A DNA stretch of 64,000 nucleotides from positions 28,859-92,858 of the IMG/VR virus record IMGVR_UViG_3300031834_000001. One strand, given 5' to 3'. The translations under genes were made by a program, and so were the position numbers. Positions 20,271-29,381 of the stretch are shown piece after piece. The notes beneath the pieces are model-generated. The model was not told the origin of the DNA, ran no database searches, and was given only the letters and a program-made list of their open reading frames with translations. The stretch is from a virus. Within the stretch, counting starts at the first letter, position 1, and each line of letters begins with the position of its first letter.

Positions 20271-20848
20271 ACGCCAACGCCGCGCCGGGAACCGTGACAA
20301 CCGCCCAGGCCGACTGGATTCTTTTCAACCGGGTCGAACTGCGCGGCCTGGCTGAAGCTATCATGCCCAAGACTTCTACCTCCATCGTGGCGTTTGGGGT
20401 AACAGGGGGAGCCGATGAGTCGCCCATCGAGACCACGGCCATCGAGAGGGCCCAGATTACCTATGTGCTAGATGAAGCGGACAAGGCCATCCGGGATCGC
20501 TGCGCCGGGTGGAGAGACCGCAAGAGGCGCAAGATGTTCCTGCGGATCGTGGCCCTTTGGTACGATGAGTGGAAGACGTGGAGGGAGATAGACCAGGCCA
20601 TCTACTATACCCAAGTCCACTGTAGGCGCTTCCGGGGCATGGCGAGACAGGCGGTCAAGGAGAGGTTGGCGAGCCTGCCGGGCACGGCGATGAAGGACTT
20701 CTGGAAGGCCGCGAGGACACACACTTTGGGGCATGTTGAAACTAATATTAATGAGAGGTTGGCGGAGGCTAGTCTAGCAGGGAGAACAGGGCAAAAGGCG
20801 AGGGCAAAGATGATCACTTTTGGAGGGGTTTCGGAGGTGACACGATGA
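20267..20848 (+). CDS. Late transcription activator-like protein (RinA/ArpU position)
   Basis: SPIETTAIERA; IVALWYDEWKTWREIDQAIYYTQVHCRRFR HTH; last gene before the packaging module. Confidence 0.55.
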   Translation: MNANAAPGTVTTAQADWILFNRVELRGLAEAIMPKTSTSIVAFGVTGGADESPIETTAIERAQITYVLDEADKAIRDRCAGWRDRKRRKMFLRIVALWYDEWKTWREIDQAIYYTQVHCRRFRGMARQAVKERLASLPGTAMKDFWKAARTHTLGHVETNINERLAEASLAGRTGQKARAKMITFGGVSEVTR

Positions 20849-20994
20849 GCACATAGGCGTATTATGCGGACCAGGGGGTTCTGTCCTCCACTGCCCACTG
20901 AGGAAGGCTACCGCAGGCCGCCGGGTACGGCGGTCTTGTGACGTACAGGGGAGGCCCAACCCCACGGGCCCGCCCAGACAGGAACCAACCCACC

Positions 20995-21378
20995 ATGCCC
21001 ACCGCCCCACCCCACGCCTGCGCTAACCGAGCCTGCCCCGGCCTCGCCGCCAAGGGTCACCGCTACTGCCCGGCCTGCGAGGGCAAGGGCATGGGGCGCG
21101 AGGAAGCCAGGGTCTACGATGCCAGACGGGGGAGCGCGAGGGAACGGGGGTACGACGGGAGATGGGAGAGGTTCCGGGCTAGCATCCTGCGACACCGGGG
21201 TATCTGTGAGTACCGGGAGGACGGCGGTAAGCCCTGCGTTGAGCCAGCCACTGACGTGCATCACGTTATCCCCAAGGTTGACGGCGGCCCGGATACCGAG
21301 GAGAACGTCCAAGCTTTATGTGGCTATCACCATAAGGCGACTGAATCTAGAAGCGGCAGGCGGTGGGGCCATGCGTGA
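20995..21378 (+). CDS. Packaging-associated HNH endonuclease (HK97 gp74-like)
   Basis: RGSARERGYDGRW...ATDVHHVIPKVDGG...NVQALCGYHH. Confidence 0.85.
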   Translation: MPTAPPHACANRACPGLAAKGHRYCPACEGKGMGREEARVYDARRGSARERGYDGRWERFRASILRHRGICEYREDGGKPCVEPATDVHHVIPKVDGGPDTEENVQALCGYHHKATESRSGRRWGHA

Positions 21379-22183
21379 CCTGGTCTGCGAGAGATGCCAT
21401 GAACCCTTCCGATCAGTTAGGCCGCGCCAGTACTGCTCGCGAACCTGTTCCAACAGGGCAACCTCGCCGGTGAGGGAGGACGCTGCCGCCCAGAAGAAGG
21501 CGGTCACCCTGTGGTCATGCGGGGGAGGCGTGCAGAGCGCAGCGGTGGCCGTGCTGATAGTGGAGGGCAAGCTGCCCAGGCCCGACCTGGCCGTCATGGT
21601 GGATGTGGGATACGAGACGGCGGCCACATGGCGCTATGTGGACGAGGTCATCAGGCCGGGCGTTGGGGATGTTGGGGTAACGTTGGAGATCGTGAAGACC
21701 ACCGACTGGGCGAGCAATGACCTGTTCGACAGGACTGGCCACCTGGTCATTCCCGCCTACAAAGAGGACGGGGGCAGGTTGGCCACCCACTGCTCAGGGC
21801 CGTGGAAGGTCAGGGTGGTCAAGCGGTGGCTCAGGAGTCTGGGAGTAGAGAGGTGCGAGGATTGGGTGGGCATCTCGGCGGATGAGGCACAGAGGGCTAG
21901 GCCGTCGGGGAGCAGGTGGTTCAGTAACAGGTACCCGCTCGTTGAGGCGGGCATGACGAGAGAGGACTGCCTGTGGGCTATCTGTGGACACGGTTGGCCG
22001 AAGCCGATGAGGACATCTTGCGTCATGTGCCCACAGAGGAGCGCGGCGCAGTGGCGGGGGATGAAGGAGAGCCAACCGGACGAGTGGGACAGGGCGTGCG
22101 AGATAGATGAGGAGATTAGGGCGCGAGGCGCGAGGGCGTATCTGCACAGGTCGCTAAGGCCGCTCCGGGAGGCGTTGGGGTAG
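21371..22183 (+). CDS. Phage PP-loop (PAPS-reductase-like) protein with an N-terminal Zn finger
   Basis: WSCGGGVQS, DVGYE, VGISADE, RYPL, SCVMCP; N-terminal CERC...YCSRTC. Confidence 0.7.
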   Translation: MRDLVCERCHEPFRSVRPRQYCSRTCSNRATSPVREDAAAQKKAVTLWSCGGGVQSAAVAVLIVEGKLPRPDLAVMVDVGYETAATWRYVDEVIRPGVGDVGVTLEIVKTTDWASNDLFDRTGHLVIPAYKEDGGRLATHCSGPWKVRVVKRWLRSLGVERCEDWVGISADEAQRARPSGSRWFSNRYPLVEAGMTREDCLWAICGHGWPKPMRTSCVMCPQRSAAQWRGMKESQPDEWDRACEIDEEIRARGARAYLHRSLRPLREALG

Positions 22184-22245
22184 GTAGGGGCGGTGGAAAT
22201 CTGTGGGACCGACTGTGAGAGGACCGACAGGGTGGGAAGGAAGGC
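22183..22245. other. Probable cos/packaging-site region
   Basis: GGTAGGGGCGGTGGAAATCT...GGACCGAC (x2) downstream of the gp74-like HNH and upstream of terS, where HK97-type cos sites lie; purine-rich strand bias ends here. Confidence 0.35.
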
Positions 22246-23348
22246 AGTCAACCCTCCCCGGTTCAAACGTGATTTTGCCGCAAGAACAAATTGAACAGTC
22301 CGCTCAACCTAGCCTAGCTAGCGAAGAGGAGTCCTCCCACTCCCTGGTTGAGCGGGTTTCCATTTGGGAGACCGCGAGGGAGAGCGGAACCTTGATAACC
22401 GATCTGGGACCAGTCATTCGAGAGGCCCGACTGGCGGGCAGGGGCTACAAGGCCATCGCCAGAGAAACCGGATTCCCCCGAGATGCCATCCGCAATTACT
22501 GCAAGAGGAACGGCTTGGCCGGCGAGCGCGGTCCTCGACCAAAGGCTCGGGTAGAGACTAAGCCGCCCAAGCCAGTTCTCTGTCGGCGGTGCGGGAAGGA
22601 ACTCCCGGTCCACGCTTCCACGGGACCGCCAGCCCAATACTGTTCGAGCGAATGCCGGCGTGCCTGGTGGGAAGAACACCAAGATCAGAGGCGGCAGTAT
22701 GACCTTATCTGCAAGTGCTGCGGGAACTCCTTCAAGAGTGCGCGGCAAAGCCGGCAATTCTGCTCCCCTGGGTGTTCCCGCGCGGCCACAAGGCTTCTCC
22801 CTGACGGCGCGTGCGCGGTCTGCGGTAAGACGTTCAGACCTAGAAACACTCACCAGAAGTGCTGCTCCTGGCCCTGCGGGCAGACCGCGTCCAAGAGTGG
22901 CCGGCCTAAGCCGGTGGCGCGAACCTGCAAGCGTTGCGGGAAGACCTTTGTTCCCAAGCGGGCCAACTATGCTACCTACTGCTCGCGGGAGTGCGCGTTC
23001 GCGGACCGAGCGGTAGCAATCACCGAGGCGAGAGCGCGCAAGACGGTGCCCTGGCGGTTCGGCGCCGGCGATGCGAGTTGCCGCCGCCGGGCGAGGCGAT
23101 ATGGTCGAGCGGTGGAGAGAATTGTGCCGCTTGAGGTCTACGAGCGTGACGGTTGGAAATGCGGGATCTGTGGAAAGAAAGTTGACCGGCGACTTCGTTG
23201 GCCCCATCCCATGAGCGCGTCGCTAGATCATATCGTGCCCCTCTCGCGAGACGGGGACCATGTCGCCACCAATGTCCAACTCGCCCACCACAGTTGTAAC
23301 ACACGGAGGCACGTTACCGGGGCGGCGCAGTTGAGACTGCTACCCTAA
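22203..23348 (+). CDS. HTH + four Zn-finger repeats + HNH endonuclease (start uncertain)
   Basis: GYKAIARETGFPRDAIRNYC; 4x CxxCG...CSxxC; ERDGWKCGICG...SLDHIVPLSRDG...NVQLAHHSCN. Confidence 0.8.
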   Translation: MGPTVRGPTGWEGRQSTLPGSNVILPQEQIEQSAQPSLASEEESSHSLVERVSIWETARESGTLITDLGPVIREARLAGRGYKAIARETGFPRDAIRNYCKRNGLAGERGPRPKARVETKPPKPVLCRRCGKELPVHASTGPPAQYCSSECRRAWWEEHQDQRRQYDLICKCCGNSFKSARQSRQFCSPGCSRAATRLLPDGACAVCGKTFRPRNTHQKCCSWPCGQTASKSGRPKPVARTCKRCGKTFVPKRANYATYCSRECAFADRAVAITEARARKTVPWRFGAGDASCRRRARRYGRAVERIVPLEVYERDGWKCGICGKKVDRRLRWPHPMSASLDHIVPLSRDGDHVATNVQLAHHSCNTRRHVTGAAQLRLLP

Positions 23349-23370
23349 GCGAAATCTGGAGGCTTTCCTC

Positions 23371-23706
23371 TTGTCCGACACGTCTCCCGTCAAGGCCCCC
23401 AAGCACCTCAAATCCGAGACGCGCCGGTGGTTCAAGGGTGTCTGCGCCGACTATGAGCTCGAACCCCACCATCTGCGTCTCCTGACCCTGGCCGCCGAAG
23501 CCTGGGACAGGGGCCAGCAGGCCCGCGAGGCCCTAGTTGACTACGGCCTGACCTTCAACGACCGCTTCAACCAGCCCCACGCCCGCCCCGAAGTGGCCAT
23601 TGAGCGGGACGCCCGGATCGCCTTCGCCCGGCTCCTCCGGGAACTCGCGCTAGACGTGGAGCCCCCGAAGCAACCTGGCCGCCCGCCGACCATAGCGAGG
23701 CAGTAG
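23371..23706 (+). CDS. terS: Terminase small subunit (P27-like)
   Basis: APKHLKSETRRWF...GLTFNDRFNQPHARPEVAIE...LLRELAL; GGAGG RBS. Confidence 0.85.
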   Translation: MSDTSPVKAPKHLKSETRRWFKGVCADYELEPHHLRLLTLAAEAWDRGQQAREALVDYGLTFNDRFNQPHARPEVAIERDARIAFARLLRELALDVEPPKQPGRPPTIARQ

Positions 23707-23709
23707 GCC

Positions 23710-25794
23710 ATGCCGCCCAAGAGACGCCGGGCCAAGGGGCGGGCCGCCGGGCTCGACTTCGACTCCTGGGTTGACCTTATGTACGGGCCGAACCCCTACC
23801 GCCCAGTCTACGCGAGTCCCTTTCTGCGCCGGGCGGCATGGGCTACCCACAAGAACAGTCTTCTCGCCGAGTGTCAGGATACCGCCCATCGACCGCAGGC
23901 GTGGTGGGAATATGACCTGGGCCGCCTGCCCGACTTCTCGAAGAACGAGTGCCAGGTTGAACTCCTGGTCGAGATTGGCCAGGCTTCCGAGGACGAACTC
24001 GCCACATTCCTGAAACTAGTCTACCTGGAACAGGAGAGCCTTCGTGAGCGCGGAGCGTATGCCCCCGCCGAGGAGACGGCCGCCTACCGCCGCCGGGCCA
24101 TCCTGGCGAAAAAGGTTGCCGGGTGGGAGCCCGCACTACCCGTGCCGGGGTATGGCGAGTCCCGTTTCGCCGAACCGGCCAGGCCGCCCAAGGGGGTCAA
24201 GATAGACGAAGCCGCCGCCTTCCGGGCCTGCTTCTTCATCGAGAGTTTGCGCCACTGGGAGGGCGACTGGGCCGGGGTTCCCTTCATCCTCTCCCCCTGG
24301 CAACGGGAAGAGATAGTCCGCCCGCTTCTCGGGGCGCTCCGGTCCGACCGGACCAGGCGTTTCCGCAAAGCCTATATCTCCGTGGCTTGCAAGAACGGTA
24401 AGACGGCATTGATGGCGGCCGTCGCTCTTTACTTGTTCATGGCCGACGGCGAACCAGGCGGGCAGGTCTACTCCGCCGCCGCCGACCGCAAGCAGGCCGC
24501 GCTGATTTTCGACGCCGCCATTGGGATGCTTGAGCAATGCCCGTTCCTTCGTCGCCGGGTTGACGTTCTGACCGGGGCCAAGATGATCCGGTTGCCCGCC
24601 AAGAGTAGCCGGTGGCAGGTTCTCTCGGCAGACGCGCCCACCAAGCATGGCCTGAACGCCTCAGTCATCATCTTTGACGAACTTCACGCGCAACCCACCG
24701 ACGCCCTGTGGAACGTCCTCATAACCCGCATGGGCGCCAGGCGGCAACCGCTCCTCATCGCCATAACGACCGCCGGAAACGACGAGACCTCCATTTGCCA
24801 CCGCCAGTATGAGTACGCCGAGAAGATACTGGCCGGCGTCTTCCCCGACGAGAGCTTCTTCGCCTATATCCGCGAGGCTCCCAAGGACGCCGACTGGCGG
24901 GATGAGGCGGTCTGGTATGGGCCGAATCCCGGCCTCGGTGTCTTCCGCAACCTCGACGAACTCAGGACTTCGATACGCGAGGCCGAGCGAGTCCCGGCCA
25001 ACCAGAACAACATCAGAAACCTCTACTTGAACCAGTGGGTTAAGGCTGAGTCCCGTTGGATTGACCTCTACGCCTGGGACCTCACGGCGGGCATGGTCGA
25101 TGAAGCCGCCCTTGAAGGCCGGCCATGCTATGCCGGGTTGGACCTCGCCGCGTCCCAGGACCTCTCGGCTCTGGCCCTGGTCTTCCCGATGGACACGGAC
25201 CCCGTGGAGTACAAGATCATCTGCAGGTTCTGGCTACCCGAAGAGGGCCTGCTTGAGCGCCGCCGCCGAGACAATGTCTCCTACGACGTCTGGGCCGGGA
25301 TGCCCGGAGGAGTGGCGAACGCCAGATACCCCAAGTTCATCGAACTGACCCCCGGCAACGTCATCGACTACAGCTACATCCGCCGGGCCGTCCGGGAACT
25401 CGCCAAAAGGTACCGGATAGTCCATATCGCCTATGACCCCTGGGGAGCGCGTCAACTCGCGCAAGAGTTCCAGGAGGACGGCGTCGGCGTGGCCGAGTTC
25501 AACCAGTGGCCCAGCAAGTTTGCCAGCCCGACTAGGGAGTTCGAGCGGCTAGTCCTCACCAAGCGCCTCCACCACGGGGGCAACCCGGTCCTGCGGTTTA
25601 TGATGGACTGCTGCCAGGTGAGGTCCGACTCAAACGGCAACGTCCGCCCCGTCAAACCCGACCGCCAGAAATCACACAAGCGGATTGACGGCGTGGTAGC
25701 CACCATCATGGCCCTGGACGGGGCCTTGAGGAATGAGGCCGCCCAGCAGAAGTCCGCCTACGAGTCCCACGGTTTGGAAACGATCGGCTTCTAG
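23710..25794 (+). CDS. terL: Terminase large subunit with ~150-aa N-terminal extension
   Basis: LSPWQ, KNGKT Walker A, IIFDELHAQ Walker B, ITTAG, GLDLA, KRIDGVVA. Confidence 0.95.
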   Translation: MPPKRRRAKGRAAGLDFDSWVDLMYGPNPYRPVYASPFLRRAAWATHKNSLLAECQDTAHRPQAWWEYDLGRLPDFSKNECQVELLVEIGQASEDELATFLKLVYLEQESLRERGAYAPAEETAAYRRRAILAKKVAGWEPALPVPGYGESRFAEPARPPKGVKIDEAAAFRACFFIESLRHWEGDWAGVPFILSPWQREEIVRPLLGALRSDRTRRFRKAYISVACKNGKTALMAAVALYLFMADGEPGGQVYSAAADRKQAALIFDAAIGMLEQCPFLRRRVDVLTGAKMIRLPAKSSRWQVLSADAPTKHGLNASVIIFDELHAQPTDALWNVLITRMGARRQPLLIAITTAGNDETSICHRQYEYAEKILAGVFPDESFFAYIREAPKDADWRDEAVWYGPNPGLGVFRNLDELRTSIREAERVPANQNNIRNLYLNQWVKAESRWIDLYAWDLTAGMVDEAALEGRPCYAGLDLAASQDLSALALVFPMDTDPVEYKIICRFWLPEEGLLERRRRDNVSYDVWAGMPGGVANARYPKFIELTPGNVIDYSYIRRAVRELAKRYRIVHIAYDPWGARQLAQEFQEDGVGVAEFNQWPSKFASPTREFERLVLTKRLHHGGNPVLRFMMDCCQVRSDSNGNVRPVKPDRQKSHKRIDGVVATIMALDGALRNEAAQQKSAYESHGLETIGF

Positions 25795-25819
25795 CTCCCC
25801 GCCCTCCAAGGAGGCCCCC

Positions 25820-26128
25820 ATGTCTCGCCTAGCCACCTTTCGCCACTGGTTCTCGCGGTCCGCCCATCCCGCCCTGCTCCACCTCGCCCGCCAAGGACGC
25901 CGCGACTTTGGCCGCTTCATCGCCTGGCTCGACAGGTTCCTCACGGCGAACAAGTTGGACCTGGCCTACTATGCCGGTCTAGCCCTAGTCGGAGTCGGCC
26001 TGACCCTCAAGTGGGGTCTCTGGCTGGGCCTCCTGGTCCCCGGAGCCGCCTCTTCCCTGGCCATCATCTACCTTCTGACCCAGAAGTCCGCGCCCCCCAA
26101 GTCCACCTCGCCCGCCCAGAGGAGCTAA
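25820..26128 (+). CDS. Small membrane protein between terL and portal
   Basis: AAGGAGG RBS; two hydrophobic segments. Confidence 0.6.
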   Translation: MSRLATFRHWFSRSAHPALLHLARQGRRDFGRFIAWLDRFLTANKLDLAYYAGLALVGVGLTLKWGLWLGLLVPGAASSLAIIYLLTQKSAPPKSTSPAQRS

Positions 26129-26134
26129 CACCCC

Positions 26135-27796
26135 GTGGGTGTCCTAACTATCGAACGCCGCTCGGACGATGAGGGCCAGTGGAGGCCCCAGTCCCTCAAG
26201 GACCTCGACCTCTACCTGGATTCCCTGGCCTATGGCGGGCCTACCATGTCCGGCCAGCACGTCGGGGAGGAGCAGGCTCTCAAGCTGTCCGCCGTCTGGG
26301 CCTGCGTCCGCCGTCTGGCCGAGCCCATCGCCGGGATACCCTTCCAGGTTTTCGAGGAGACCGACATCGGCCGGGAGAGACGCCGCCGCCACAACCTTGA
26401 GACCGTCCTGAACCGCATGGCTAACCCCGAAATGACGGCCTACGAGTGGCGCGAGACGATGGTGGCCCACGTCAGCCTCTGGGGTAACCACTACTCCTAC
26501 ATCCAGCGGGATCGTCTGGACCGCGTGCGTGGCCTGATCCCCATTCACCCCAGCCGGGTCGAAATCAAGCGCGAGCCGCCCATTCGTGGGAAGTTGGTCT
26601 ACTACGTTTCCTTTTCCGATGGGCATAAGGAGCCCAACAAGCCGTCCGAGATCCTCCACATTAAGCTTTTCAGCCTCGACGGCGTCAACGGCGTCTCGTT
26701 CATCGGGTTCGCGCGCGAGGGCCTGGGCATCGGGCTCAGCCTGGAGGAAATGGCGGCCAGGTTCTTCGGGCATGGAATGCAACTTGCGGGGACGCTGGAG
26801 CACCCCGGCCCAACCCTCTCAGACGAAGCCAAGGAGAATCTGAGAAGTTCGATCAAGGAGCGGTTCGGCGGAGTTGGCAAGTCGCAGGGCCTCTTGCTGT
26901 TGGAAAACGGTATTAAGTACAATAAGATGAGCATCCCGCCCAACGACGCCCAATTTTTGGAAAGTCGCGCGTGGTCGGTCACCGACATCGCCCGTTGGTT
27001 CCTGGTGCCCGCCCCGCTGATTAACGACCTTAGCCAAGCGACAAACTCCAACATCGAGGAACAGGACCGCACGTTCATCACGCTTACCCTGGTCCCCGGT
27101 TGGTGCCGGCGCATCGAGTCCCGCGTGAACACCTCCCTTTTCCTGCCGTCGGAGACGGACTTCTATGCCAAACTTAACGTGGACGGCCTGCTCCGAGGTG
27201 ACCCCGTGGCCCGCGCTACATCTCTCAAGATCAGACTGGACGCCGGAGCGATCAACGCTAACGAGTGGCGCACCCTGGATGAAATGAACTCCATCGGTCC
27301 CCAAGGTGACATCTACCGCTTCCCGCTCAACATGGCTTCCGCGCAGGACATCGTGGACGGGAAGGTTCAGCCGAACCCGAACGTCAAGGGCCCCGCCGAC
27401 ACCGCGCGGTCCCTCCTCGCCCACCGGGCCCTCCTCGAATCCCAGGCGGCCGTAGTCCTCCGGCGCGAGGAGCAGGAGGTTATCGCTATCGCCCGGCGCG
27501 GCCTGTCCGACCCGGCCTCCCTACGTACCCGACTGGAGTCCTGGTTCGCCGGTCACGTCTCCTTCGCCCAGGCCCACCTAAGAGACGCGGTTGCCGCCTG
27601 CGCTGCGGCCGCCGGGCAGGGTAACGTGGAACCCGACGCCTACCTTGGGGAGGATGTCCTCCTCCAGAAGCCCGCCGTCCTGGCCTGTCTAGCCGAACCT
27701 GACCCCGTCGCCGCCCTCCGCTCACACTACGACGCCCGACGGTTGAGCTGGCCGGGCGAGGTTGCCGATAGCATCCTGTCCGCCCTGGAGGTCTAG
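26135..27796 (+). CDS. HK97-family portal protein with C-terminal extension
   Basis: ALKLSAVWACVRRLA, LWGNHY, EILHIK, DAQFLESR, NSNIEEQ, LLRGD. Confidence 0.95.
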   Translation: MGVLTIERRSDDEGQWRPQSLKDLDLYLDSLAYGGPTMSGQHVGEEQALKLSAVWACVRRLAEPIAGIPFQVFEETDIGRERRRRHNLETVLNRMANPEMTAYEWRETMVAHVSLWGNHYSYIQRDRLDRVRGLIPIHPSRVEIKREPPIRGKLVYYVSFSDGHKEPNKPSEILHIKLFSLDGVNGVSFIGFAREGLGIGLSLEEMAARFFGHGMQLAGTLEHPGPTLSDEAKENLRSSIKERFGGVGKSQGLLLLENGIKYNKMSIPPNDAQFLESRAWSVTDIARWFLVPAPLINDLSQATNSNIEEQDRTFITLTLVPGWCRRIESRVNTSLFLPSETDFYAKLNVDGLLRGDPVARATSLKIRLDAGAINANEWRTLDEMNSIGPQGDIYRFPLNMASAQDIVDGKVQPNPNVKGPADTARSLLAHRALLESQAAVVLRREEQEVIAIARRGLSDPASLRTRLESWFAGHVSFAQAHLRDAVAACAAAAGQGNVEPDAYLGEDVLLQKPAVLACLAEPDPVAALRSHYDARRLSWPGEVADSILSALEV

Positions 27797-27799
27797 CCC

Positions 27800-29302
27800 A
27801 TGCCCGCCTGCCCGAAGCACAAAACCGACACCGTTGACACCGCCTGGGACGCCGGGGCGAATGAGAAGCGCCTGCCTGACGACGCCGACAAGTCCACTTT
27901 GCAGAAGATGTACGCCTGGGTTCCCGAAGGCGACTCACCGACCAAGAGCGCGTCGAAATTCCCGCACCATGAGGTCTCCGAGTCCGGCGTTCCCGGCGCG
28001 GCGAACCTCAACGGATGTCAGGCTGGCTTCGGCCGCCTCAATCAATCCGACATTTCCGAGGGCGACAAGGACGGCGTCCATGCCCACTTGTCCGCGCACT
28101 ACATGGACGCCGGCAAGGAGCCGCCGGAGAGAAGCGCGAGTGGGCCGATTGAGACCCGCGTGGGCAAGAAGCTCGGCAAGGCCAACCGGGAGAGGGTCGA
28201 GAAGGTTAGGGACCTCCAGAAGGATTTGCGGGGCCTAGCCAAGCAGGCGCATGACCTGGCTGAGGAAGTCCTCAACTCCGACAACAAGGACGACGGCGAG
28301 GAGGAAAGCAAGGGACGCGCCGCCCAGTGGTACCAGGCCGAACCTCGCAAGCGGTCGGTTCCCCAGTCCCAAATTGAGTACCGGACCTTCCGCGTGGAGT
28401 ACCGGACGGACCGGACGACCGGGAAGCCGCGCATAACCGGCCACGCCGCCATGTTCAACCAGGAGACCGAGGTTTACGACTGGTGGATGGACGACACCTA
28501 TATTGAGGATATCGCCCCCGGCGCGTTCGCCAAGACCATCAGGGAAGCCGACGTGCGGATGCTCTTCAACCATAACCCAGACTGGATTTTGGGGCGCAGC
28601 AAACCCGGCAAGGCCAGCACCCTGCGGCTCTCCGAGGACGCCGTCGGCCTCGCCATCGACAACGACCCGCCGGAAACTCAGTTGGTCAATGACCTGGTCC
28701 TGGTGCCCATGGAGCGCGGCGACCTAGACCAAATGTCCTTCGCCTTCCGGGTGATCCGGCATGAGATTATCGAACTCGGCAACCGCAAATTCAAGCGGAG
28801 ACTGCTTGAGGTCGAGTTGTTTGACACGTCAATCGTGACTTACCCGCAGTATGAATTGACCCATGCCGAGGTTGTCCACTCGGCTTTCGCGGACGCGGGA
28901 ATTGACATGCGCAGCCTCGGCCCCGAGTTGATTCGTCGCATGGCGGGCCTCCCGGTTAACGCCGACGCCCTACGCTCCTCCCTGACCGCCCTTCGCTCCC
29001 TGCTCCCCGAGGGGGCCAAGTGCGGCTGCGGCCGCTGCAAGTCCGAGCCCGCCCCGGAGATTACGCCCGTTCCCCCTGTCAACCCTCCGACCGTGGAAGC
29101 CGAGGCCAGCAAGGTGGGCCCCACTCCCCCGGCCGATGTTATACCGCCTAGCCCCGCCGCTCCAACCCCCGACTCCGAGCCGGGCAATGACCACTCGGAG
29201 GATAAGCGCGAGACGCCGACACTGGCAGGCCAGCCGTCGGAGAAGCGTGCCAGGAGGTTGAAGATCGCCGAGGCCGAGGCGTACCTGCTCATAGGCAAGT
29301 AA
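27800..29302 (+). CDS. HK97-family prohead protease with N- and C-terminal extensions
   Basis: ITGHAAMFN, IAPGAF, LFNHN, QMSFAF, ELFDTSIVTYPQY. Confidence 0.9.
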   Translation: MPACPKHKTDTVDTAWDAGANEKRLPDDADKSTLQKMYAWVPEGDSPTKSASKFPHHEVSESGVPGAANLNGCQAGFGRLNQSDISEGDKDGVHAHLSAHYMDAGKEPPERSASGPIETRVGKKLGKANRERVEKVRDLQKDLRGLAKQAHDLAEEVLNSDNKDDGEEESKGRAAQWYQAEPRKRSVPQSQIEYRTFRVEYRTDRTTGKPRITGHAAMFNQETEVYDWWMDDTYIEDIAPGAFAKTIREADVRMLFNHNPDWILGRSKPGKASTLRLSEDAVGLAIDNDPPETQLVNDLVLVPMERGDLDQMSFAFRVIRHEIIELGNRKFKRRLLEVELFDTSIVTYPQYELTHAEVVHSAFADAGIDMRSLGPELIRRMAGLPVNADALRSSLTALRSLLPEGAKCGCGRCKSEPAPEITPVPPVNPPTVEAEASKVGPTPPADVIPPSPAAPTPDSEPGNDHSEDKRETPTLAGQPSEKRARRLKIAEAEAYLLIGK

Positions 29303-29331
29303 CCGCTACCTATCCGCACCCGCAACCGAGG

Positions 29332-29356
29332 CCCGCCCACTGAGGCGGGTTTTGTG
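29332..29356 (+). terminator. Intrinsic terminator-like hairpin
   Basis: CCCGCC-cactga-GGCGGG followed by TTTTGT. Confidence 0.6.
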
Positions 29357-29381
29357 TTGCCTCTGAAAGGAGCCACTCAGC

